The notes beneath the pieces were generated by a model. It searched no databases, was not told the DNA's origin, and saw nothing but the letters and a program-made list of their open reading frames with translations. The position numbers and the translations under genes were made by a program. Of a stretch of DNA of 43,169 nt, positions 27,455-35,084 are shown piece after piece. Source of the stretch: Candidatus Omnitrophota bacterium (GTDB lineage Bacteria > Ratteibacteria > UBA8468 > B48-G9 > JAFGKM01); the NCBI GenBank assembly GCA_023818745.1, contig JAMWBY010000001.1, forward strand, positions 1 to 43,169, read 5' to 3'. The number at the start of each line of letters is the position of its first letter. The first letter of the stretch is position 1.

Positions 27455-28447
27455 ATGAAAGCAAAAAAAAATGAAGAAAAATTAAAAAAAATTTTGATTT
27501 TCATAGGTGTTGTAATTTCCTTTTTGGTTTTAAATTTATGGCAATCAGGTTCTTTAAACCAATTAAACCAGATAATTAAAAATCCAAAACTTCAGGCATT
27601 TACAATAATTTTACTTGCAATTCTAATTGAAGGTTTTCCATTTATTTTAATCGGATCTTTAATTTCCGGTTCTATTGAAGTTTTAGTTCCTGAAGAAAAA
27701 TTCAAAAAAATCTTCCCTCAGGGTAAGTTTTCTTCTGCAATAGTTGGTTCATTTTTCGGTTTCTTATTCCCGGTTTGTTCATGTGGAGAAATCCCTGTTT
27801 CAAGAAGATTGATAAAAAAAGGGATACCAACTTCTGCTGGTATTTCCTATTTACTTGCAACAGCGATAATTAACCCAATTACTCTATTTTCAACTTATCT
27901 TGCCTTTTCTTCTTTTAAAATGGTTCTCGGTAGATTCCTTGTTGCTTTTATATGTAGTGTATTTATTGGGATTTTAATTGCTCCAAAGAACAAAGATGAA
28001 ATTTTGAAAGAATATGAAGATGAAGATAACCATAATGAAAATTTTTCAAAAATTGATGAAATTTTCTTTCATTCAGAAAATGATTTTTTAATTATGGGAA
28101 AATATCTAATTATTGGGGCAACTCTCGCTTCATTATTTTCAACTTTTATACCAAGAGAAGTTTTCTTAACAATAGGGAGAAATAAAATTTTATCAATTTT
28201 ATCAATGCAAATTCTTTCAATAATTTTATCTCTATGCTCTTATGCAGATGCATTTGTTGCAAATTCATTTACATATTTACCAGATATGTCTAAAATTATT
28301 TTTATGATATCAGGGCCTATGATGAGTATTTCTTTAATAATTGTGTATTTTGCAGCATTTAAAGAAAAATTTGTAAAAAAACTCCTTATCAGTGTATTTT
28401 TAACTCTTTTTATTCTTGGAATTTTTGGAAGTTTTATACAAGGATAA
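27455..28447 (+). CDS. Permease, UPF0718/ArsP-like family (large subunit of a two-component membrane permease)
   Basis: Polytopic membrane protein with the family-typical FPVCSCGEIPVSRRL motif. It is paired with a TIGR03943-type partner downstream. Confidence 0.75.
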   Translation: MKAKKNEEKLKKILIFIGVVISFLVLNLWQSGSLNQLNQIIKNPKLQAFTIILLAILIEGFPFILIGSLISGSIEVLVPEEKFKKIFPQGKFSSAIVGSFFGFLFPVCSCGEIPVSRRLIKKGIPTSAGISYLLATAIINPITLFSTYLAFSSFKMVLGRFLVAFICSVFIGILIAPKNKDEILKEYEDEDNHNENFSKIDEIFFHSENDFLIMGKYLIIGATLASLFSTFIPREVFLTIGRNKILSILSMQILSIILSLCSYADAFVANSFTYLPDMSKIIFMISGPMMSISLIIVYFAAFKEKFVKKLLISVFLTLFILGIFGSFIQG

Positions 28448-28450
28448 GAT

Positions 28451-29209
28451 ATGAAAATTTTTAAAAATAAACAGTTTTATAAATTTTTAATAGTGCTTCT
28501 TTATACATCGTTTTTCCTATCAATATCCTTAACTGGAAATTTTAAGATATTTGTAAAGAAATTCTACTTTCCTTATATTCTATTAGGTTTTTTAATTTTA
28601 TTGTTTCTTTTAAAAACAGGAATAAAGAAATTGAAAAAATTTATAGAAATTTCTGTTTATGATATTTTGTCTTTTTGTGTATTTTTATTCCCTCTAATTT
28701 TGTTTATTATTGTCAGACCAAATACTTTACCAACTTATACTGCATTAAAAAGAGGGGTACATACAGAATTTTTAACCCATAATGTTTTAAAATCGTTACA
28801 AGAGAAAATAGAAGAAGAAGGGAAATATAAAAAATTAACAATTAAACAACTTCTGAGCTTTTTAAAATCAAAACCAGAACAGATAAATGGAAAAGACGTT
28901 GTAGTCGAAGGAATGGTGTATAAAGAAAATGAAAAATTTATGTTGATTAGATTTTTAATAACTTGTTGTGCTGCTGATGCTACACCACTTGGAATTGAAG
29001 TTGAATATAAGGGAATGAAAGAAGAACCGAAAGATTATGAAGAAACACATCCAATTCCAAAAAATATTGAATTTAAAGAAAAAGAAGAATTTAAAAATGA
29101 TGATTGGGTAAAGGTAAAAGGGAAAGTAAAAATAGAAAATGATAAAATAGTAATATATGCAGAAAGCATAGAAAAAATAAATCAACCAATAGATCCTTAT
29201 TTATATTAA
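28451..29209 (+). CDS. TIGR03943-family (DUF1980) putative permease subunit
   Basis: N-terminal TM segments and the hallmark RFLITCCAADATPLG motif. It lies 3 nt after the permease gene. Confidence 0.75.
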   Translation: MKIFKNKQFYKFLIVLLYTSFFLSISLTGNFKIFVKKFYFPYILLGFLILLFLLKTGIKKLKKFIEISVYDILSFCVFLFPLILFIIVRPNTLPTYTALKRGVHTEFLTHNVLKSLQEKIEEEGKYKKLTIKQLLSFLKSKPEQINGKDVVVEGMVYKENEKFMLIRFLITCCAADATPLGIEVEYKGMKEEPKDYEETHPIPKNIEFKEKEEFKNDDWVKVKGKVKIENDKIVIYAESIEKINQPIDPYLY

Positions 29210-29231
29210 GTTGATATTTATATTAAGTTGA
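29198..29231. repeat. Perfect 17-bp tandem duplication TATTTATATTAAGTTGA x2
   Basis: 29198..29214 and 29215..29231 are identical. The first copy spans the stop codon of the TIGR03943-family gene. Confidence 0.9.
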
Positions 29232-29232
29232 G

Positions 29233-29260
29233 TTGACAGATTTAAAATTTTAAGTATAAT
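29233..29260 (+). promoter_or_regulatory. Candidate promoter (TTGACA, 16-nt spacer, TATAAT)
   Basis: Exact consensus hexamers at 29233..29238 and 29255..29260. The only thing downstream before the terminator is a ~55-60-nt CU-rich segment. Confidence 0.4.
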
Positions 29261-29289
29261 TATTTATTCCTTTCCTTTTAACCCCTCAA

Positions 29290-29325
29290 CCTCTCCTGTT
29301 CACCCCCCACAGGAGAGGTTTTTTT
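29290..29325 (+). terminator. Rho-independent terminator
   Basis: A 10-bp perfect stem, CCTCTCCTGT (29290..29299) with ACAGGAGAGG (29309..29318), a 9-nt C-rich loop, then T7 (29319..29325). Confidence 0.8.
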
Positions 29326-29331
29326 CTAATT

Positions 29332-29359
29332 TTGACAATTGCTTTTTTATTATTATAAT
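29332..29359 (+). promoter_or_regulatory. Candidate promoter of the fur-family operon (TTGACA, 16-nt spacer, TATAAT)
   Basis: Exact hexamers at 29332..29337 and 29354..29359. The -10 element abuts the palindromic operator. Confidence 0.5.
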
Positions 29360-29389
29360 ATCTAAATAGAAATAATTTCTATTTAGATA
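29359..29389. promoter_or_regulatory. Perfect 31-bp palindrome (15-1-15), a candidate Fur/Zur-family operator
   Basis: TATCTAAATAGAAAT-A-ATTTCTATTTAGATA lies between the -10 element and the ATG (29394) of the Fur-family gene. The odd-centred inverted repeat matches the architecture of Fur-family boxes. Confidence 0.6.
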
Positions 29390-29393
29390 AAAA

Positions 29394-29834
29394 ATGGAAT
29401 ACAAAAAAATATTAAAAAGGAAGAAACTTAAAATTACGCCTAAAAGAATTGCTATTATAAATTATTTTTTAAAAAAAGATAAATATGCAACTCCTTTTGA
29501 TGTTTGGATATATTTAAAAAAGAACTTTAAAAAAATTGGACTTCCAACTATTTACAGAAATCTTGAAGAGTTTGAAAAAATAGGGATTTTAACCAAAATT
29601 AAAGGAGAAGAAAATAGATTTTATTATGGGATTTGTAAAATGCTAAATAAAAAGCACCATCATCACATTATCTGTACTTCCTGTCATAAAATAAGTGATT
29701 TTGAATTATGTAATTTTGAACAAATTAAAGGAGAAATAGAAGAAATGACAAATTTTGAAATTAAGGAACATCAATTTTTTTTAAAGGGAATTTGTAAAGA
29801 TTGTAAAGAAGGAGGAGTAAATGAAAAAATTTAA
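29394..29834 (+). CDS. Fur-family metalloregulator (Zur-like)
   Basis: Winged-helix N-domain (TPKRIAIINYF...PTIYRNLEEFEKIGIL), HHHHIICTSCH and CKDCK metal-site motifs, and placement next to a metal-type permease pair. Confidence 0.85.
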   Translation: MEYKKILKRKKLKITPKRIAIINYFLKKDKYATPFDVWIYLKKNFKKIGLPTIYRNLEEFEKIGILTKIKGEENRFYYGICKMLNKKHHHHIICTSCHKISDFELCNFEQIKGEIEEMTNFEIKEHQFFLKGICKDCKEGGVNEKI

Positions 29835-30474
29835 ATATATTGGTGAATCTCTTACACATCATCTTCCCTTTTCTGTCCTTTCTGTTTCTATTGGTCTTAT
29901 TTTTGTAGGAATTTTGACATTTTTATCAGAATTATTAAATGTTGAAAATGTAGGAGAATATTTTGAAGAGCTATTTCATATTTTTCATCCAATTCATATA
30001 CTTTTTTCTGCTTTAGCAACTACAGCAATGTTCTGGAAACATGAAAAAAAATTTTTTAAAGCATTTATAATAGGAATTATTGGAGCTGCTGGAATATGTG
30101 GAATAAGTGATGTTTTTATACCATATATTTCTGGTTTTTTACTCGGAGCAAAAATGGACCTTCATATATGCATTATTGAACACCCTCAAATTATTCTCCC
30201 TTTTTTGCTTTTAGGAGTTTTTATTGGCTATGTTGCACCTGAAACGCTGGAAAAATCAGAAGGAGTTATTTTCTCTCATTCTCTACATGTTTTTATTAGT
30301 TCAATTGCTTCAATATTTTATCTTATAAGTTTTGGATTAACTGAATGGATTCATAAAATAGGTGTGGTTCTAATTTATATGGTTCTTGCAGTTGTTATTC
30401 CTTGTTGTATAAGTGATATCGCATTCCCTTTGTTTTTTGTTTCAAAAAATAAAGAATTTAAACACTTCCACTAA
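29821..30474 (+). CDS. Histidine-rich polytopic membrane protein, a putative metal transporter
   Basis: About 6 TM segments with conserved-looking His clusters (THHLPF, FHIFHPIH, HSLH). The start overlaps the fur stop, with an AAGGAGG SD. Confidence 0.45.
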   Translation: MKKFKYIGESLTHHLPFSVLSVSIGLIFVGILTFLSELLNVENVGEYFEELFHIFHPIHILFSALATTAMFWKHEKKFFKAFIIGIIGAAGICGISDVFIPYISGFLLGAKMDLHICIIEHPQIILPFLLLGVFIGYVAPETLEKSEGVIFSHSLHVFISSIASIFYLISFGLTEWIHKIGVVLIYMVLAVVIPCCISDIAFPLFFVSKNKEFKHFH

Positions 30475-30540
30475 GTTTTTTTATTGAAAGATATTTTTAC
30501 TTCTGGTGTTAAAAAATTAAACAATTTCTCTATAAATAAA

Positions 30541-30612
30541 AGGCCTGGGCCGGATTTGAACCGGCGAATAACGGTTTTGCAGACCGCTGCCTTTCCGCTT
30601 GGCTACCAGGCC
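30541..30612 (-). tRNA. tRNA-Cys (GCA)
   Basis: The reverse complement folds as a cloverleaf: acceptor GGCCTGG/CCAGGCC, anticodon loop CTGCAAA, T-arm GCCGG-TTCAAAT-CCGGC, discriminator U, and an A13-A22 mismatch in the D stem as in bacterial tRNA-Cys. The 3-prime CCA is not encoded. Confidence 0.9.
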
Positions 30613-30633
30613 TTTTTTATATATAATTATACC

Positions 30634-31599
30634 TTAAATTGCCATTTTTTTTACAATATCCATATATTCTATTTTGGGAATTTTCTTTTTGCTCACAACC
30701 TCTGAGAGTGGTACAAAAACAATTTCTTCACCCTTTATTCCAACCATATAACCATATTGTCGTTCAATTAAAAGCTCAACTGCTTTTACACCAAAAATTG
30801 TGGCAAGTTTTCTTGTTAAATATGTGGGACTACCTCCTCTCTGTATATATCCAAGAACTGTATATCTTATTTCTCTTTCAGGTAGTTTTTCTTTTAAAAT
30901 TTCGGTAAGTTCTTCTGCTTTTATCGCACCTTCAGCAATAACTATTATACAACTTTTCTTCCCCTTTTTTTCTTCTTCTTTAATCTCTTTAACTACATCA
31001 TCAATATTAAAAGGAACTTCTGGAATTAGAACTATTTCTGCACCACAAACAATTCCTACTTCAAAAGCAAGATTTCCGCATTCTCTTCCCATTACTTCAA
31101 CAATAAATATTCTTTCATGACTTGTTGCTGTATCTCTTATTCTATCTATTGCAGATATTGCTGTATTGACTGCTGTATCAAAACCAACTGTATAGTCAGT
31201 TCCATAAACATCGTTATCAATAGAAGCGGGAATATGAACTGTAGGGAAATTAAATTCTTTATATAATAAATAAGCACCTTTTGCAGAACCATCACCTCCT
31301 ATTACAACAAGTGCTTCAATTTGTTCTTCCCTTAAGTTTTTATAACATATCTCTCTTATTTCTCTTTCTTTAAACTCATAAAATCTTTTTGTCTTTAGGA
31401 TTGTTCCACCTTGATTTATTATACCACTTACACTCCTTGAATTGAGATAACTAAAATTCTTTTCGTAAAGTCCTTTAAAACCGTCATATATACCACAAAT
31501 TTCAATATTATTATAAATTGCAGTTCTCACAACACTTCTTATAGCAGCATTCATTCCAGGAGCATCTCCGCCAGAGGTAACAATTCCAATTTTCTTCAT
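30634..31599 (-). CDS. pfkA: ATP-dependent 6-phosphofructokinase
   Basis: GIVTSGGDAPGMNAAIR, IGGDGS (ATP-type) and the MGR/GYIQRGG blocks. Confidence 0.93.
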   Translation of the reverse strand: MKKIGIVTSGGDAPGMNAAIRSVVRTAIYNNIEICGIYDGFKGLYEKNFSYLNSRSVSGIINQGGTILKTKRFYEFKEREIREICYKNLREEQIEALVVIGGDGSAKGAYLLYKEFNFPTVHIPASIDNDVYGTDYTVGFDTAVNTAISAIDRIRDTATSHERIFIVEVMGRECGNLAFEVGIVCGAEIVLIPEVPFNIDDVVKEIKEEEKKGKKSCIIVIAEGAIKAEELTEILKEKLPEREIRYTVLGYIQRGGSPTYLTRKLATIFGVKAVELLIERQYGYMVGIKGEEIVFVPLSEVVSKKKIPKIEYMDIVKKMAI

Positions 31600-31610
31600 T
31601 TGTTAATATT

Positions 31611-32681
31611 TTAATAACCAAAATCTGCTTTAAGACCTGGTTTAATTTCTCTGGACTCTTTTATTAATTTTTTACCCTCTTGGCTGACCCATTCAAATTT
31701 ATACCACCATGGTTTTGACATAATTTTTGTAATTGTTCTTATTTGCCTTATCCTTGGAATTGCTATTCTAACAAATGATTCTTCAAGAGTATCCCAATCC
31801 TTTGTTAGAGGGTCAGTAAACGCCTCTTTAAAATATGCTCTTCCACACATTGGTCCGGCAACTAAATCACATACAGAACCATATTGGATGGCATATTGTT
31901 CAAAGTCAACAGCAGCACTTAAAAGCAATAATGGTCTTGGTGATATCTTTTCCATTTCAGCACAAACATCCCTGACAACTTGAGGAGAAAATACCTGTAT
32001 CACTTTACCGTCTTCTTCTACCCATAAAACAGGAACTTGTGTTTTATAAAAATGCCCAAATGGTGAGAAATCCTCTGCCATTTTAATCAATGCTTCTGGC
32101 AATTTTTTTGCTTTCTGAAGTTTTGTTTCTCCAGGCAAATCAGCAAGTAATGTTTCATTATAAAGTGGCTTTTCAAGTTTTTTGCATTTTTCAAAAACAC
32201 TTGCAAGCCATTCCTTATTTTTTTCCCAACTTTCCCTATGTTCTGGATTTAAATAAACCAGTGTTTTAAAAGCATCAACTTTATCTGCGATTTCTTCTGG
32301 TTCAATTGCAAGTCGTGCAACTTTTCCAAGTCCACCATCAAGTTCAATTGGTTTTGTATGTTCAAGTCGCCCAATTAAAAGAATATCAGGCCCAAGTGCT
32401 TCTTTAAAACCAGTCGTTAAAATAGCCAGATGATTAAACAAAGCAGCAGTAACCTCTCCTTTCAAATGTTTTGCAAATCTTTTACAAACTTCTTTTACAT
32501 CCTCATCATTTGCTTCCCTTTTTTCACCTATATGTTTCAAAAAAGCATTTGAAAGTTTAAGATAGGAACTATGTTGATCTGAAGCGAAAACATCCATTAC
32601 ACCATCTGGTGCAAATTTAGCAAGTACTTTAAAAATACCTTCACTTACTTCCAATCCATCCTTATATCTTGCATAAGCCAT
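31611..32681 (-). CDS. Class I aldolase of the LacD (tagatose/fructose-1,6-bisphosphate aldolase) family
   Basis: FASDQHSS (compare AFDQRG), YKTQVPV (compare the Schiff-base lysine block LKVEVPV) and LLLSAAVDF...PMCGRAYF (compare YLSAGVS...VLCGRATW). Confidence 0.65.
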   Translation of the reverse strand: MAYARYKDGLEVSEGIFKVLAKFAPDGVMDVFASDQHSSYLKLSNAFLKHIGEKREANDEDVKEVCKRFAKHLKGEVTAALFNHLAILTTGFKEALGPDILLIGRLEHTKPIELDGGLGKVARLAIEPEEIADKVDAFKTLVYLNPEHRESWEKNKEWLASVFEKCKKLEKPLYNETLLADLPGETKLQKAKKLPEALIKMAEDFSPFGHFYKTQVPVLWVEEDGKVIQVFSPQVVRDVCAEMEKISPRPLLLLSAAVDFEQYAIQYGSVCDLVAGPMCGRAYFKEAFTDPLTKDWDTLEESFVRIAIPRIRQIRTITKIMSKPWWYKFEWVSQEGKKLIKESREIKPGLKADFGY

Positions 32682-32698
32682 AATACCCTCCTTTTGGT

Positions 32699-33151
32699 TT
32701 AAACATATTGACTTTTAAATTCTCTTAGTTTTTCTCTTAATATTTCGTCTTTAAGAGATAGAATTTCAATTGCGAAAATAACAGCATTTTTAACACCTGT
32801 TTTTCCAAGAGACATACAAGCAACAGGAACACCTTCAGGCATTTGAACAGAAGAAAAAATTAACTCATTTGTTGATATTTCATTTGATGGCAAAGGGACT
32901 TCTATAACAGGGATAATTGTTTCAGAAGCGATAATTCCTGCTAATTGTATAAAAATACTGCTACAAACAATTATAATATCTATTTTTTCTTCTTCTGCTT
33001 CTTTTACAAAATTATGAACAGATTCAAGAGAATCAAGCCCTGAAATAATTTTGATCGTATAATCAATCCCAAAATTATCTAAGGTTTTTTTACCATCTTC
33101 AATTAAATTTAAATCATTTTCATTACCAATTACAATACCTATTTTTGCCAT
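32699..33151 (-). CDS. PurE-like (AIR carboxylase fold) protein with degenerate catalytic motifs
   Basis: It is colinear with PurE (IGIVIG..., PVIEVP, VQMPEGVPVA, GKTGVKNA). However, GSKSD is GNEND, SAHR is SGLD and AGGAAHLPG is CSSIFIQLAG. Confidence 0.7.
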   Translation of the reverse strand: MAKIGIVIGNENDLNLIEDGKKTLDNFGIDYTIKIISGLDSLESVHNFVKEAEEEKIDIIIVCSSIFIQLAGIIASETIIPVIEVPLPSNEISTNELIFSSVQMPEGVPVACMSLGKTGVKNAVIFAIEILSLKDEILREKLREFKSQYV

Positions 33152-34296
33152 ATACTCTTCATCCTTTCTATTGCTTTTTTAATTTTTTCTTCATTTATTG
33201 TTAGAGAAAATCTTACATATCCTTCGCCCGAAGGGCCAAAACCAACTCCAGGAGTTGCTACAATTTTACCATTTTCAAGCAAAAAGTCAACAAATTTCAT
33301 AGAATTATCTTTTACTCTTACCCAGAAATAAAATGTCCCTTTTGGCATTTTAAAATCAAATCCAATTTCTTTTATTCCATCCGCAAAAATATCTCTTCTT
33401 TTTTTATAGATTTCTCTTAATTTTTTTACTGTCTCTTGAGTTCCTGTAAGTGCTTCTATTCCTGCAAATTGAATTGCTTCAAATGTTCCAGAATCAATAT
33501 TTTCTTTGATTTTTGCAAGAGCAGAGATAAGAAATGAATTTCCACATGCCCATCCTACTCTCCATCCAGTCATATTATATGTTTTTGAAAGTGAATTAAA
33601 TTCAATCGTAACATCTTTTGCACCATCAATGGAAAATATATTAATTGGTTTTTCTTCAAAGTATATTTCACTATAAGCAGCATCGTAAGCAAGAATTATA
33701 TTATTTTTTTTACAGAATTTAACAACATCTTTTAAAAAATCATAATTTGCAAAACTTCCAGTTGGATTATTTGGATAATTTAAATAAAGAATTTTTGCTT
33801 TTTTAACTATATTTTGAGGGATATTACCTAAATCAGGTAAAAAATTATTTTCTTCTTTTAATGGCAAAAAATAACTTTCTCCACCTGCAATTAAAGTTCC
33901 AAGATGATATACAGGATATCCAGGTTCCGGGACAAGAGAAATATCTCCTGGATTAATAAAACATAATGGAAAATGTGCAATTCCCTCTTTGGATCCTATT
34001 AAAACACATATTTCATCTTCTGGATTTATGTCAACATCATAATTTTTTTTATAAAATTCAGAAATTGTTTTCCTAAATTCTTTAGTTCCCTTCCCAAATG
34101 GATATCTATGAAATTTAGGATTTTCAACAGATTTTTTCATTGCAGAAATTATATTTTCTGGGGTTGGTAAATCAGGGTCTCCTACCCCAAAATCAATAAT
34201 TTCTTCGCCTTTTGATATCAATTCTTTTTTCTTTTTATCAATTTCAACGAAAAGATAGGGTGGTATTTTTTTCAATCTTTCACTTACTTGAAACAT
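33139..34296 (-). CDS. dapL: LL-diaminopimelate aminotransferase (class I PLP aminotransferase)
   Basis: N-terminal RLKKIPPYLFVEIDKKK...IDFGVGDPDLPTP, NYPNNPTG, and the PLP lysine block SLSKTYNMTGWRVGW. It is directly downstream of dapB. Confidence 0.7.
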   Translation of the reverse strand: MFQVSERLKKIPPYLFVEIDKKKKELISKGEEIIDFGVGDPDLPTPENIISAMKKSVENPKFHRYPFGKGTKEFRKTISEFYKKNYDVDINPEDEICVLIGSKEGIAHFPLCFINPGDISLVPEPGYPVYHLGTLIAGGESYFLPLKEENNFLPDLGNIPQNIVKKAKILYLNYPNNPTGSFANYDFLKDVVKFCKKNNIILAYDAAYSEIYFEEKPINIFSIDGAKDVTIEFNSLSKTYNMTGWRVGWACGNSFLISALAKIKENIDSGTFEAIQFAGIEALTGTQETVKKLREIYKKRRDIFADGIKEIGFDFKMPKGTFYFWVRVKDNSMKFVDFLLENGKIVATPGVGFGPSGEGYVRFSLTINEEKIKKAIERMKSIWQK

Positions 34297-35083
34297 TTAG
34301 AACCTCCTCTTTTATATAATCCTCCATACTATATAAGCCATTTTTTTTCTTATATATATACTTTGCTGTGTTCAAAGCACCTAATGCAAATACACTTCTA
34401 TCATAGCATCTATGAGAAATTTCAATAATTTCTCCTGTGCCTCCAAAATAAACATAATGTTCTCCAACTATATCACCTATTCTTAAACAATGCACACCAA
34501 TTTCTTCAAATTTTCTTTCCCCTGTAATTCCATTTCTTCCATATTTTAAAATTTTTCCCTGATTGAGTTTTCTTTCATTACAAATTATTTCAGCAATTTT
34601 TTTTGCAGTTCCACTAGGTGCATCTTTTTTAAAATGGTGATGGACTTCTGCTATTTCAATTTCATAATTTTTTAAAAGATGAGTTGCATATTTTATTATT
34701 TCAAAAAAAAGATTAACTCCTAAACTCATATTAGGAGATAAAAAAATAGGTATATAATTAGCAGTTTTTTTTATCTCTTCTATTTGATTTTTAGAAAAAC
34801 CAGTCGTTCCTATTACAATTTTACTCCTTTTTTCTTTTACTGTTTTGATAAAATCCATTGTCGCTGATGGAACTGAAAAATCAATAAGAACATCTTTTTC
34901 TTCAAGTACTTTTTCCAAATTGTCATAGATTTCTATTCCATCTAATTTTTTTCCTACCAAAGGGTGTTTTTTGGCTTCAATACCTCCTTTAACAAAAAAA
35001 CTTTCATCCTTTTGAGCAAGTTTTATTATCAAACTTCCCATTCTCCCACCTGCTCCACTAACTATTAAATTTATTTTTTCCAT
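34280..35083 (-). CDS. dapB: 4-hydroxy-tetrahydrodipicolinate reductase
   Basis: GAGGRMG Rossmann motif and the signature EVHHHFKKDAPSGTA. Confidence 0.92.
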   Translation of the reverse strand: MEKINLIVSGAGGRMGSLIIKLAQKDESFFVKGGIEAKKHPLVGKKLDGIEIYDNLEKVLEEKDVLIDFSVPSATMDFIKTVKEKRSKIVIGTTGFSKNQIEEIKKTANYIPIFLSPNMSLGVNLFFEIIKYATHLLKNYEIEIAEVHHHFKKDAPSGTAKKIAEIICNERKLNQGKILKYGRNGITGERKFEEIGVHCLRIGDIVGEHYVYFGGTGEIIEISHRCYDRSVFALGALNTAKYIYKKKNGLYSMEDYIKEEVLNVSSK

Positions 35084-35084
35084 T

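Noticed and set aside
30455-30490. Possible terminator ACTT-ccact-AAGT followed by T7 after the His-rich membrane-protein gene
   Set aside because: The stem is only 4 bp (6 of 7 with a mismatch if extended). That is too weak to call from sequence alone.
30484-30705. 73-aa plus-strand ORF
   Set aside because: It runs straight through the tRNA-Cys gene and into the antisense of pfkA. It has no SD and a low-complexity sequence. It is an artefact of AT-rich sequence.
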